A stretch of 64,000 nucleotides of DNA from Basidiobolus meristosporus CBS 931.73 (lineage: Eukaryota > Fungi > Basidiobolomycota): NCBI GenBank assembly GCA_002104905.1, contig MCFE01000028.1, positions 62,001 through 126,000 of the forward strand, given 5' to 3'. The notes under the pieces are model-generated. The model saw only the letters and a list, made by a program, of their open reading frames with translations. It was not told the origin of the DNA and did not search any database. A program made the translations under genes and the position numbers. Below, piece after piece: positions 13,101 through 24,659 of this stretch; the first letter of the stretch is position 1; each line of letters opens with the position of its first letter.

Positions 13101-13766
13101 GCTTCTAAGGTTTACTTGGATAGTTCCTTCTCCCACTGCATCAAGTGTTCTATTGTCACCCATGAAAACCTTCTTAATTGGAATTTCTTGATATTGGGTA
13201 AAAAGTTCTTTTTGGTGTGTAAAGTGTTGAGAAGCTCCAGAGTCAATATACCACGTCTGAGAATCCTTGTTTGTGGTCATATTTAGTGCAGATATGAATA
13301 GTCTATCTTCAGTTGTTGCAGCATTTCCATATTCAGGCTTCTTTTGCTGATAATCTCTCTTTTTGAAACACCGGTCTGATGTGTGTCCTTTCCTTTTGCA
13401 GTAGTTGCAAAATAGGTTGCTGTTGCCTTTGTAGGGTCTTGGGTACCTCCTTTGTTGGTTATCATTGCTTATTAAAGCATTTTCTTCTTCCTTCTTATTG
13501 GCGCTTGATTTTCTTAATTCTTCATCCAGGAGCCTTCCATATACGTAATTTAAGGTCAAATCTTCAGTTCTGGACTCTAGGGCTGATACAAGGCCCTGAA
13601 ACTTGTCTGTCAGGCTATTCAGGATGGTAACTATCACATCCTCATCAGTAGTTGGTACGCCCACAGATTCCATCTCATCTACCAGCAGGGTAATTCTGTT
13701 AATTAGATTTTTCATTTCTTCTCCTGGCAGCATCTTTGTAGTAAAGAATTTTCTTCTCAGATACAT
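10140..13766 (-). CDS. Copia Gag-Pol polyprotein (N-terminally truncated, 1208 aa open)
   Basis: Zinc knuckle CNYCKRKGHTSDRC; protease WYIDSGASQH; LWHRRFGH/CEAC; integrase HSDLCGP, RSDNGGEY, QNGVAER; RT YVDDLII; RNaseH YSDADW and DNQG. Copia domain order. Confidence 0.95.
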   Translation of the reverse strand: MYLRRKFFTTKMLPGEEMKNLINRITLLVDEMESVGVPTTDEDVIVTILNSLTDKFQGLVSALESRTEDLTLNYVYGRLLDEELRKSSANKKEEENALISNDNQQRRYPRPYKGNSNLFCNYCKRKGHTSDRCFKKRDYQQKKPEYGNAATTEDRLFISALNMTTNKDSQTWYIDSGASQHFTHQKELFTQYQEIPIKKVFMGDNRTLDAVGEGTIQVNLRSSEGSHTLTFKEVLYVPEIAKNLLSVSKATAEGLSFSFDNSGCRITDQNGAHIASGIRDQNLYKLTYIPSYLEANISNLNEETPMLWHRRFGHINFDYLRKMIKDQLISGVKIDPPANLEHCEACIYGKQARQPFKSSGLIKTKKKLDLIHSDLCGPMQNISLGGMKYLITFIDDYTRYTWVYFMERKEKALSKLREFKAMVERETGEKIKKIRSDNGGEYTSKLFIHFCKIHGIKQETTVPYSPQQNGVAERANRSIIDMARSMIHDQKLSYDFWAESVATAVYLKNRSYNRILRDSTPFEAWYGYRPSAEHLRIFGCTAYAKKLAGNQSKFEPKSVKCIFLGYCNESKAYRLYNTKAKKLIKSRDVLFDENSKFSQKMTSDDDENLISSPPIVRIESEQNNENFFTPEDSTTVVQPESVPRNIPEVIIPVSNARRSNRTRNSPNYYINEGTNLAYAYSVHVDEPQTVKEALNSPQTKFWRSAMTEEYQALMENQTWDLVKLPINQKSIGCRWVFKTKYKADGTIERYKARLVAKGYSQTKGLDYTETFAPVAKFNSIRLILAIAAKYKFFIHQMDVKTAFLNGELDEDVYMDQPDGFVDQDNPHLVCKLKKSLYGLKQSPRAWNCKIDSYLESLSFKRSNADYSIYYKPDRANPVLLALYVDDLIIAANNLETLEETKSSLSKEFKMSDLGELSYYLGIKFSIDRSTQTITLSQSKYIQDILKKYKMEDCKPAATPMETNLNLVKTQPNQESLVPSESPDFPYQSMVGSLMYIMLGTRPDISYSVGVVSQHNQNYGSDHIAAVKQIFRYLKGTADICLRYTYKDSEQDLVGYSDADWGRNLEDRRSTTGYTFLYCKGAISWNSRKQPTVALSTTEAEYMAACEATKEAMWLRKLFTDLGLCQKTPITLFQDNQGCIQLGRNPTFHARTKHIDIRHHFIREAIENNLVSLVYCPTDEMIADIFTKPLARDKFEYFRSKLGLVSMNI

Positions 13767-13918
13767 CTTCTTGGCAGCTGAACATGACTGGTAGGTGTCT
13801 TCTAATGCCTTCTAGGCATTCTTTGCCGTTTTTGCTCTTGAGCATTGAATTAGCAATTTGTCCTTGACATTAAGGCAAATGCAGTTGAAGGCACTTTCTT
13901 CTTTCTTCTGGTACTTTA

Positions 13919-14267
13919 TGTTGTAAGAGTCTTGGAGATATTGGAAGTGATTGGGAGAACAAGTAGATTATGTGGTTTTCACTTAATGATTTATTGAATG
14001 TAAAAGTAGTATTTATACTTTTACATGGTCTTGGCATTACAAACACGTAGAATAGGTTAAGGAAGGTCCCAAGAACATGTGTGCAAAGTTTGGGGCTGTT
14101 TGGACAACTTTGAGAATTTTCATGTTCTGGGTACCTGGTATTTTGGTGAAAATATTCTAAGTAAATCCCGACAAGGAATTTGGTCAGTATTCTCTAGGAT
14201 TTGAAGGTGATGATCTAAGTGACTAAGTTAGGTGAATATTTAGGTGGAAATACGAACTTTTACAACA
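13919..14267 (-). repeat. 5' LTR of the young copia element
   Basis: 349 bp, TGTTG...CAACA, with a TATAAATA box and AATAAA in element orientation. Confidence 0.95.
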
Positions 14268-14999
14268 AATTAAGTGCAGAATCTTAAAATTGACAGAGAG
14301 TGGTGGAAATATTATCAGAGAGGTTCTGGTCTAATTTTGGTATTGTATATAGCTGGGTTTGGCTATAAAGGCAACAGAGTTGGTTTGCTATACATGCTAG
14401 GCTTGATGTTCTTTGCTAGATATGCTAGGCTTGGGTGGAAACTAGAACAGAATTGTTGAATACTAATTTTTGCTGAGACACAATCTTAATTTTGTTGAGT
14501 CACACTAAACCAAAAGGTTCAGTAAGGTTTACTTTATAATTTTCTGATCAAGTTGAATTAGTAAGTGCCAAGAGACTGGATTAATTGAAATTAGTGCAGG
14601 TGTAGATAGGCATATAAGATGAATGAAAATTGCATCATCATTCAGCTGATGTCTTGGCAACTGTTGAGCAGATGGATAGACCTCAGATGACTGATCACCT
14701 GGAAAGGCTTAGCAGATCAGGTTAAGGACATAATGACCACATAAAAATTGATTAAGTGTGACAGCTAAAAATAGATTCTGGGAAGTGATAAAATTAGCCA
14801 TTACTGGGACTAGTTATGTTTGGGTTAGGGAAAACCAGTTAAGGTGCTTGATTTTCTAACTTAGAAAAATTGGCTAAGTTTTTGAATGTTGATGCACAAC
14901 ACCATGCTTCTTTTTCCCAAGCTCTTTGTTGGTGTTTGGTTGAAATACTGCCACAAAAGTGCCAACAAACTAGTGGACAAGAGCATAATAAGCTATACA

Positions 15000-15174
15000 G
15001 ATTCCCTCAAGCATTGCACATATGCTTTTGGGACCTCCTATGCATATTTTCACTAATTTTTGGCCAAGATCATGCTAAAATATCAATATCATTTTAACAC
15101 TAAGTGCTTGAGTGAGAACCACAAAATCTACTTGTTTTCCCAGTTGCTTTCAATATCTACAAGACTCTTAGAAG
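15000..15174 (+). repeat. Old diverged 3' half of a copia-family LTR
   Basis: Resembles the LTR end: ...AAAATCTACTTGTTTTCCCAG...CAATATCTACAAGACTCTTAGAAGA. Confidence 0.6.
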
Positions 15175-17202
15175 AGTATCAGCACTCAACAAAGTAGTAA
15201 TTACACATTGTCACTATATGCTATACTCACAAGAAGAATTTTACTAATGCATAGCACTCTGTGATGCAATCCAAAATTGATGGACTTCAGTGAAGCCACT
15301 GATATTATGGTGAAAGAGTAGAAGTGGCAATGCTTTCTATTCTACTGACCTAGCTGAGAGAATATGATTCTGGGACTGAGTATCTGGTGAAAATTTTGTA
15401 TTAATGCCTACCTCCTTACTTTGACTTTGGCTAGATAGCTTTGTGCTGTATTAGAGTTTAGCTCGTATTTAATGTATTTATTGCCAAAGTCCAATGTGTG
15501 GTTAGATGAGTAAAAAGTATATACAAGACTTGAGCATTTCTTTACATTCCGGCACTAAAATTGTGATGAAGGTAGGGGATATTGAAGATCAAACAGCATT
15601 CCTCCAAATGTTAGACATGTCTTGGAGCATCGGTAAACTTCGATACATATTTGTGTAAGCTCGACAAAAAGATATAACTACATATTCAGGTGAAAGCCAT
15701 ATACCATCCACTAATCGCCACCAAGGTTCAATGCTACATGACCTTTCACATGTAAATGCTTTTTCAACAAGATAGCTACATTTGTTCCGATCTGAGTAAA
15801 GCCCGTAACGCTCTCTGCCTGATTACAATGGCGGCATGCTGATTACGTGATTTGTATCATATTGAGATTATTCTGTATATAGCTGATGTATACGAGAACT
15901 ATTAGCTGGTTTAAAGCTTCATAAGTGTATATATATATATATATAATTATATGGGTGTGCGGAAAATAAGCATATTACTGATTAGTCGCAATGTTGAGAG
16001 TAATTGAGCAACTATCTCTTGGCAGAAAGGAAAGTGCTACTAAACAGCCAGTAATGTATCAGGTTATAGCTGTGGTATTACTATCACCATTTGGCTAATG
16101 ATACACTACATTTTCTGCTGGCACAAGGTTGCATTACTTTTCTGTGAAGTGCATTGATGCAATAGGAAATCGCAGTAATCATGCGATGTCGGCGAACTAT
16201 ACCAGACTCATTGATTGCTCTCATCCAACTCCCGCCATGATTCACATAGTTTCATAACAGACAGCCTCCCTGGCTCAGTATTAAAACCAGTTATCATGGA
16301 TAAATCTCAACCAACTTTGATTCAGGTATGTTCACTTGGAGCCGCCCCAATATGTACCCAATGGGTTCATTGTTCAATAATTGAAACTAGATAATACATT
16401 TAAGACATGGCTTAAACTATCTTCCTAACCGAAATGGTTTGAAATTCTTGGCACTGAAAGCATCTTTATCTACCCGTTGAATCAAGTATATTTCCAATAA
16501 TGGTGATGATTTCAGTGAGCAAGGCCGTCTGGTATCTCGGCTTCAGAATACCCCCGAGTTATAAATATCTTGCTAAATAACCCTTATCATGTGACGGGTG
16601 GGTGTAGCAACCGAGGTGGTTGTACTACCTATATGGAATTAATTGCTGGCAAGGTCACAGTCCGCCTTTGACAAACATGAAGGACATTCCAAATTGCGCA
16701 CTGTGGCACCTGGGAAGCACATGCATTCTGGTCAGATAGACATTACAGATGTTGGGGTCATAATGGACCCTTAATAAGGATATAGACGCAAGGGTGGTTT
16801 TTATGGTGATAGTTGGACGGGGAAAGATATATGAAAGTGAATGCACTACTAAATGGTCGGCTTTGTCATAGCAGGTAGGCTCCAGCCAATTATGCAGCCT
16901 TGGGTTCCAAACCTGTGATTTGTACATATTTGTTCAGCTTTGCGAATGTTGATTAAATTTAAATTCCTTGTTGATTGATAGTACATATATGGCAGCAGTC
17001 TATATCACGCGTAAACATTTATCTTCTGTATCAATTGATCAGTATTGAAGCTCGAGATCCACGGCAATTTCAAGCACTGCACACGAACAATATTCAGCCT
17101 TGAATGGAACTGTCTCCTAGCACATGGGAGAACAAACCGTTGGTCACACCCCGCTTTCATTTAAAAGTTCATTTAGAGAGGTTCGTTGATGGCATAACTT
17201 AA

Positions 17203-17915
17203 ATGAAATATGGCTACCTCGAAGGCGAACCTGGTAACATTATGAATGGCCTGGCAGTTCACGTCTTCCATACTGACCATTTGACTTAGATCCATCAGGC
17301 CACTCGCAAGGATGTTTTAGCAAGATTATCACACCTCCTCAATTAACCAAGATCGGCTTATCTCCAAATCACAGTAAGTTCGGATTTAGTGGGACACGGA
17401 AGAGCATATTGAATTGGATGGCAGCCCATGGTGAACTGCGAATTGAGGTCAACAATGGACCTGATCACGAAGCAGCCATTAGGCGGGAAATTACATTGGA
17501 GTTGACTTCACTCTGTAGATTTTCCTATTCGCCTTCTAGATGCCTGATTCGGCCAACTAGAAACGAAGACTACGCCTTGCCTATACCTGGTTCCCCTGAG
17601 TACTTTCGTAACACGCGCATATTAGTGACTGAATCTGGTAAATCTCTGGGTGAATTGCTGCCAATAATTAAACTTTGTTGGAAGTCGGCCTCTAAAGTTA
17701 GATTTATCCTAAACAGCCCTGACCCAACCTCAAACAATGATGCCGGTTTCATGACATCAAATAATTTGACGATCTCTCTTTCAATGGAATCGTGCCCCAC
17801 CTATAAGAGTACAGATAGTATGCTCGGTGGAACCAGGCATCAAGCACCACCGGCGTATAGGGAGCTATACCATGCTGACCCAAGACGTGTGTGCGAGACC
17901 CGCCTGATCACGTAG
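17203..17915 (+). CDS. Hypothetical 218-aa protein with C-terminal PPAY (PPxY) motif; 2 exons (17203-17233, 17290-17915)
   Basis: A 56-nt GTAACA...TACTGAC...TTAG intron joins MKYGYLEGEP in phase to a 626-nt open exon; total 657 nt. No family recognised. Confidence 0.55.
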
Positions 17916-19506
17916 TCCGCACCGCGGCCACAGATTTAGCCTTATTGAATACATCTCAATTGATCCATTAAACCATAGTAGCTTTTTTGGGTGAATTGGA
18001 TTGGGTGTACTATTGAGGTGGCGACGGATAAAATTGAAGATAGCCGACTCTTTCGCTAATCACTGCGATACATGATCCTGCATGATCAAGTTGCAGCGCA
18101 GATGGCGGCGATGTCCAATGGAAGCACGGGAGCACACACCATGCAGTAAATAGCAGGAGATTCTGGAGACTGATTCGTGGTGTGAGATTGATGATATAAA
18201 TAAAGTCCCCGAAATATACATTGAATAGAACCCAAAGGAGAGCCGCAGATTTAGTTGATGTCACCAATGTCAGATTCTGACAACTAGATTCTTATCTGGT
18301 TTCTTTCAAATATGGCAAGCCGCGTCGATGAGATGTGAGATATTGGATTCCTCTGGATCCGGTTTGTCAAAAAGGTTAACTCGTAGATCATTCAGTCGTC
18401 CTGCACAGCACTGTTCCAAAGGCAGTCCAAATAAAGCAAGATTGGATCTTAAGGTTATGGACGTTCACAACGGATCTTATTAGACTACGGAACTGCTGGG
18501 CGAGACATCTCCTTTAGGTAACAGAAAATTCCCGACATCTCTATGTAAGTCAAGAAACTAGTCCGCTAAGCCTCAGCGATTGTTGACATGCACGCATTGT
18601 TCTATCCAAACCAGAGTCCCACAAAGGCATGGTCTAGGTGGCGACGAGCTGCTTCAAATCTGATCTGCCGTTGTGCCAAGAAATGCCTTAGGGTTAGGTA
18701 AGTCGGCACAGTCGAGCACCTATACGTGACCGGAGCAGCCCCTTACAGAGCACCACCGCTGATTCAGAAGATTGCGGATTTCAATTGTGAAAGTAAATAG
18801 CCAAATTAAACCCATGCACCTCTCGTGGACAATGTAACCCCTGGGTGGCTCGTTGACGAATTTAATTAGCCACCATGTCGAGGTGCATTCCAGCCTGGTG
18901 AGCAGAAACTTGTTCCAACAATGAGTCACAGATGGATTGGTGAAGATGTCAACAGTGTGTGTGTGCGGCCCGGATGACTAAGTATCCACACACATGCAAT
19001 CTGCTATGACCTCAGTGCATGTAACCCCCCAAAATTGGCAACCCAAGATACGATACGGCCTAATTAGTGCTCGGCTGAATGATGATCACTGGAAGTTTCG
19101 GGCGAGAATCGGGTGATGGGCGACCAGATCAAAATAAATCTTGATGAAGTGACTCAATGGAAGCGCCATTCAAATATTCGGCATGCGGGATGGATATATG
19201 CAACATTGGTGTATATTTCATACATTCGCCTACACAGGAGGCGGCGTAGAACAGATCAATCATGGGAATGCCGAATTTGTGTTAGATGGATTTATTGTAC
19301 ATCATATCACAGAGGTGCTCGTTTCTACGGGAGCAGGTTGAACAGGAATTTACATCAAAAAGTAATATACAGGCGAGTGAGCATCACGGGTCGGATTAAA
19401 GTGACGGGATCTAGGTTGGAGGAGGGTGTTTCAAAAATACAAGTTGGCGGCGGTAAGTCTAAGGTTGAGGAATGCAAGTGTGCTGAGAGGTAAACAGGGG
19501 TGGTGA

Positions 19507-20088
19507 TCACATCATTGTGTTAGAGACATATGGCTGCTGATTAGTCAACATTTGGAGTGTGGAGCGGTACGATAGATAGCCCTCGAGATATTCGACCCAT
19601 TGGATGAATTCCTCTTGAGACACGTTCAGATTGTATCCGATCCCTTTTAGGAAATGTCTTTCCATTTTGTTAATTTGTTCCACCGGAATCTTGGAGATGT
19701 CGGACCAGGATTGATTTGTATAGGTATCATCTTCAAGGAACTTGTGTGCGAGAATCAAGGATGTGATGAATACTTGATACTCAGAGCCCTGCGAAGGCTG
19801 CGAGTTGGGCGAGGACTGTCTGATGCGATGAATGTATTTCAGCGCCAGGAATAGGGTGGTTGGCAGAACTGACATGCGAGTGATAATGTTTTTGCAGAAC
19901 ACTGTGAACATCAGCTGTGTGGGTGATGGAAACAATGTTGGCCGGCAATGCCACAAATGTTCCACCATTTCAGTAACAAAGTTCACTGGAGACAAATCAT
20001 TGGATAAGGAGAGGAAGTGTTGGGAGAGGGTGCTGCCTTGGCAAATGTTGTTGAATTGATCAACTGGGTTGTTGCAATACAAATCCAT
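19507..20088 (-). CDS. Pcl/Pho80/Clg1-type cyclin (Cyclin_N fold)
   Basis: TTLFLALKYIHRI...SEYQVFITSLILAHKFLEDDTYTNQSWS...INKMERHFLKGIGYNL; the first ATG is at 20088 (the track start is TTG); intronless. Confidence 0.9.
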   Translation of the reverse strand: MDLYCNNPVDQFNNICQGSTLSQHFLSLSNDLSPVNFVTEMVEHLWHCRPTLFPSPTQLMFTVFCKNIITRMSVLPTTLFLALKYIHRIRQSSPNSQPSQGSEYQVFITSLILAHKFLEDDTYTNQSWSDISKIPVEQINKMERHFLKGIGYNLNVSQEEFIQWVEYLEGYLSYRSTLQMLTNQQPYVSNTMM

Positions 20089-20431
20089 GTTTCCTTTGGT
20101 TGTAAGAACTTTTGCTAGTAAAGGATAATGGCTCAAAATACTTCGGATAATGACTGTCTGGTCTGCTGAGGGCGGACTTATATACGTTGTGGGTGGGATC
20201 CAGCTTGGATCAGGTAGTCAAGTTGTTTAGGGAACCAGACCCAATCAGGCTGCACTTGAACATGACACAACTTTTCGCATATTACCGATTGTATCACTAA
20301 GAATGGATGCCTATTTTAAGCAAGTAATTCTAAAATCAATCTTCCTATGGGGACCAAGTTCACTGGTTCAAAACCACTTGGGCAAATGAGCATTTCTAGA
20401 ATTGGACCACATTACAATCAGTTTATCGAAG

Positions 20432-20527
20432 AATTGGAACGGTAATGGGAATGGCAATGTGAATGTGAATGGAAATGTGAATCGGAATCGGAATGGCAAT
20501 AGGAACAGGAATGTGAATGGGAATGAA
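20432..20527. repeat. Degenerate hexamer tandem repeat (AAYNNN x ~16; AATGTG/AATGGN/AATCGG)
   Basis: AATTGG AACGGT AATGGG AATGGC AATGTG AATGTG AATGGA AATGTG AATCGG AATCGG..., upstream of the cyclin. Confidence 0.85.
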
Positions 20528-23499
20528 TATGGATATAGATGGCGGATCAGAGTATGGATCGGTCCCAATGATTTGATCAAGTGAAGCCCAATCGTGCTTT
20601 GTGCCAAATTGTTGGACCAACTCAGTAAGTGCAAGAGAATGCCCGCCCCATTCACATTGAGTGGCTTCATTTGGAACGCTCAATAATCGACTCCTGACAT
20701 GGCTCATGCCAAATGCAGGTATTGACTACTCAGTAAGGCATATGGTTTACCAGGAAGCTCCAATATTACCAGTGGATGAAGTCAACCATAAGAAGTTGCT
20801 ATTGGAGAAAGGCTAAATTTGAACCACACGGATCCAGACTTGCATCCGACAGATCGCAATCTTGGCTGCACCTCAATGGGTGCCTGAGATAGGACGGCCC
20901 TAGGAGTCAGGTAATTCTACTGAACACAAGGATGGGTGTCGCCGCTCGAGTGCTCATTATTGAGTAGACTTATCGCATCATCAAGGAAGGGGATTCTCAG
21001 AATGGAATCGATGTGCCAGGCAGAGATTTCGTACAGCTGGGCTCTAAGCACTTCCATAATGATCCGGATTAGGTCATTGTATAGTCAGATAAGACTTGCT
21101 TTTTTTGTACACCAATGCTGGGCCCGACAACATGACGCTCAACCCCAATAGGCGACTGATTGGTAAGGATGCATATCAATCAGAATCAGAATCAGTGCAG
21201 AGCGTCGCCAATTGTAATGGTAACCATCCGGGTCATCTGAGCCTTCCGAGCAATAGTGATTAGACTGGCGGACAACCAAGTATGAATAGATGGTCACATT
21301 TGCACCCATATGGAAGTATAAATCGGGAATCTGGTAAATTCTATTTTCTCACCGTTCAATATAATCCACCGCGCCCATAGGGTCCCGTATATTTCTATCC
21401 TTGCATATTTCCTTTCTGTGGCACTTGGGATCTCTTCAATACCCACACCTGTCTAACCATGTGGCCGTGCCTATTGGGGCAGTCCTCCAATGAGATTGGC
21501 CGATGCAACCTGAGCTCTAGATCTTCCTACATAATTTGATTGATTTTGGGAGACTTTCATTTCGCTGTGGACCGATCACTTCGGCGCACATTTTGGGAGT
21601 GGGCAACACTGATTTTCACCTAATCAGTGAGCCCAATGTTACATGGTTGAACTTCTGCGTCATTGTACCTAAAACAATCACCACAACATGCTATAATATA
21701 AATATTCCTAATCAATGCTTAATAAGGGATGTCGCTTGGATCTTGATTCATTTTGTTTGAATGCGCCCGCCGTAACATTTGCCAAATCCTTGCGCTCAGA
21801 GCCTGGGAAGTGCATTAAATGACGGTGTGTCTCATACGAACATTCACACAGGTCCTCGAGTGGCGGGTGATATCAGATCAAAGACAGGTGGGGTGTAGCG
21901 GTTGGCCGACCGGATGCGCAGCATATGGTAAGGCCCCTTGTCAATAAATACACGCATCTAGGAATGGGTAGATGGAACGCTGCTGATTTCGGTGGATACC
22001 GATACCCACTGATTAAGACCGAATAGGCGTGACTAAGTGCTTGTTTAACTTGTGCGTTGGATGGAAGCTACTGGTGAATGTGGTTAGATTCAATTCACTT
22101 CCGCGTGGTTCCACAATCTACCCAGAATACGAGTGTGCTAAAAAGGTATAGACAGGTACATCATTTACCCCAATCTTATCTCTGCTTTGTATGGCTGATT
22201 TTATCATTCTATATGGAGTACACTTTCTGAGGTGGGAATTGGTGGTAAAGGGTGTGCAGAGATCTGTAAGGTGGCTGGTAGTGATCTAGGCCTCGTGCGC
22301 TTCTTAAAGGTGCACAATTACCTACAGAGCATCTGGGCATTCACCGAAGCCATTCACAAATGCCCCTTCTCCCAACGGTATCGGAAATTTGCTCCTGAAT
22401 CAGGAATTCGATTGTCCGTCGAGTTTGGTTTGGATTTTCATGGTACGCTTACTAGATTGATAACACCACCCCTAACATCTGAAGAAGGCTTTATTACCAC
22501 TGTTCAGCCGATTACTTGTTTTCATGGTGCAATTCTGGTCCGATACCTGAGATGTTGCCAGCACAACTAAACCATGTCCAAAAGGGGAAGTTCAAAATTG
22601 GTGTTGCAATTGTATGGATTTACCTACGTATATACATATATATATAAATTACGTGCTGGTTATCTTCACATGGGTCCTCTAAGTGAATTCATCAGCTTTG
22701 GCTCAAACCATGCAGCCTAGACAAACATCAAAACAGAAATTTCCAAGATGTCTTCCATCTGTTCATCCCTCTTGCATAGGTATATCTTATACGCCCGGCT
22801 ATTCCTTGTCCATATTTCAAGGCTGGATAATTAACAGCAATACTTGGGCTATACAGCAATGTTTACCTAATTCATCTGGTGGCAATGGCTAACATCCAAT
22901 ATTCTCCCAATTGCTCATATTGCATGATTTTGTACTGGATCAAGAAGACATGTTGCTGATTCTGGGCAATTGTGGCGACTATGGAAGAGGGCCTTGAATT
23001 TTACAGGTGTCTATAATGTTCTGGCGCACAATCTTCTATTTTGTTCTACAAAGCGCTACCAATAGTATGTATCATCTTGGCTCGATTAATGATCAACACT
23101 AGACGGTTGCAAACAATAATCCATGAATTCGCACTGAGCCAATAGCTTTGCCCGTTGTAAAATATTGAGCAGATTGGAGATTATGACCATCCAGTATATT
23201 CACTAATTTTGATGCGGCAGTAAGGGATTCGGACACTAAATTTTCCAAAGCCACCCTAAAAGCCTCCAAGCCCTGCACATGTTGTGACATATACTCAGCT
23301 ATTCAAACGCTATATTTCTACTCAATATACCACCATGTGAAATCCAACATCCTTCCAACTATACAAACATATCCAGCTAGAAATTCTTGCATGGATTCAT
23401 TAATATGTATATATATGTAGGTACCATACAAAAGTCAACAAAACCTTACTTGGGTCAAATGTATAACTTCAATACTGAAATGGGATTTTGCTTGTAACT

Positions 23500-24300
23500 T
23501 GTAGGCCCCAAGATTCTATAATCACATAGCAGCTCGTGAAATAAATGAACCAGCTTTTTTGCTAGTAATTAGTAGTAGAGAATCCCCGATTGTAGATGTT
23601 GCAATATTGTGGAGTTTAATAGAAGTAGTTAGATGAGCTTGAAGATTGGAATAATACTCGCTTGCTGGTGTATGAGACACAATCAAGACATCTATAGCCT
23701 AAGCGAAAACTTACAAAACTAATGACAATGCTACTTCAGGGAAGGTCTTTAGAAGCAATACACAAATCTTTTAACTACCTACTGGACTTCACAGAGTCAA
23801 GGTTATACAACCGATAGACTCAACAACTAATAAAATAGCAGTAGTCTTATGAGAATACCCAGAATATGTGAATAGGACACAACAGGAGATGGAGTGAATG
23901 CAATCATAAGTCCATAGTGGCCAAGTAAGAATTTTAGTAAAAACAGGAGGGAGGGTTTTCTATGGCAAATAGTTTCGCAGTGGATCAGTGATATTAAAAT
24001 GATTCAGATGGTATATATCCTGATAAAGCTATATAAGCAGGCCCTACATCTTACCTGATAGCCTCTGAGCAGCTGGGACCCCAAGAGGTGGTTTTGCCTA
24101 TGAGAACACAGTATATATACTATTTCTCATGTCTCTAATAAACTGTGATAAGAGTGTTTGAATGAAAGCTCAGTGAGACTATAGCAGTTTTGGGGCTATT
24201 TGGAGGAACTTGAAACTATTTTCATATAATAACTCGTTTGAAATTAATTAGGGTAGAAGGCCGTTGAGCATGGATACTAAGGTATTGTACTTCAATATAG
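23500..24300 (+). mobile_element. Possible old LTR-retrotransposon relic (PPT plus LTR-like segment)
   Basis: CpG-poor island; purine tract AAAAACAGGAGGGAGGG at ~23939-23955, followed by TATATAAG (~24030) and AATAAA (~24137). No partner LTR in the window. Confidence 0.3.
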
Positions 24301-24659
24301 CTATATCTGTGAAGCTCTGCCAAGGTTTTGTTGATATTGAGTAGGTCAATGGCTATTATCCCTCAGAATCTCGGGTAAGCCTGATTTTTAACTGTACATT
24401 ATTTACACCCTACACCCGCATATATATATATATATACGCTTGAAATTGTCACTCAGCAGGATTTAATGCGCGTCAGTAAATTTCTCGCCCGATTTCAGAC
24501 AGCATCATTAATCAAATATTCAACCACACTAATCAAACTACTGTCAGTGAAAAAAAGAAAAATTTCTTAACTCGGAAATGATTCCGCATTTTCTTACACA
24601 CGTATATTGGTTCTATCTTAGAGTGTACGCACAACTTGAAAACCTTGCAATAGATCATC

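Larger units (their letters stand above)
9780..14267 (-). mobile_element. Young Ty1/copia element with two near-identical LTRs and TSD AATTA, lacking the PBS and the 5' end of gag
   Basis: LTRs 9780-10128 and 13919-14267 differ at 1 of 349 positions by eye; AATTA at 9775-9779 and 14268-14272; the 5' LTR CA end is joined directly to mid-gag TAAAGTACC. Confidence 0.96.

Noticed and set aside
17101-17103. In-frame TGA as selenocysteine (some early-diverging fungi use Sec)
   Set aside because: There is no redox-motif context, a second in-frame stop is TAA, and no SECIS element was recognised.
19113-19493. 126-aa plus-strand ORF
   Set aside because: It starts at GTG, lies antisense to the cyclin 3' region, and has no recognisable motif.
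22610-23431. Imperfect ~28-bp inverted repeats (TTGTATGG...TACCTAC(G/A)TATAT) suggesting a MITE
   Set aside because: Much of the match is low-complexity (TA)n, it needs gaps, there is no TSD, and no second copy is in the window.
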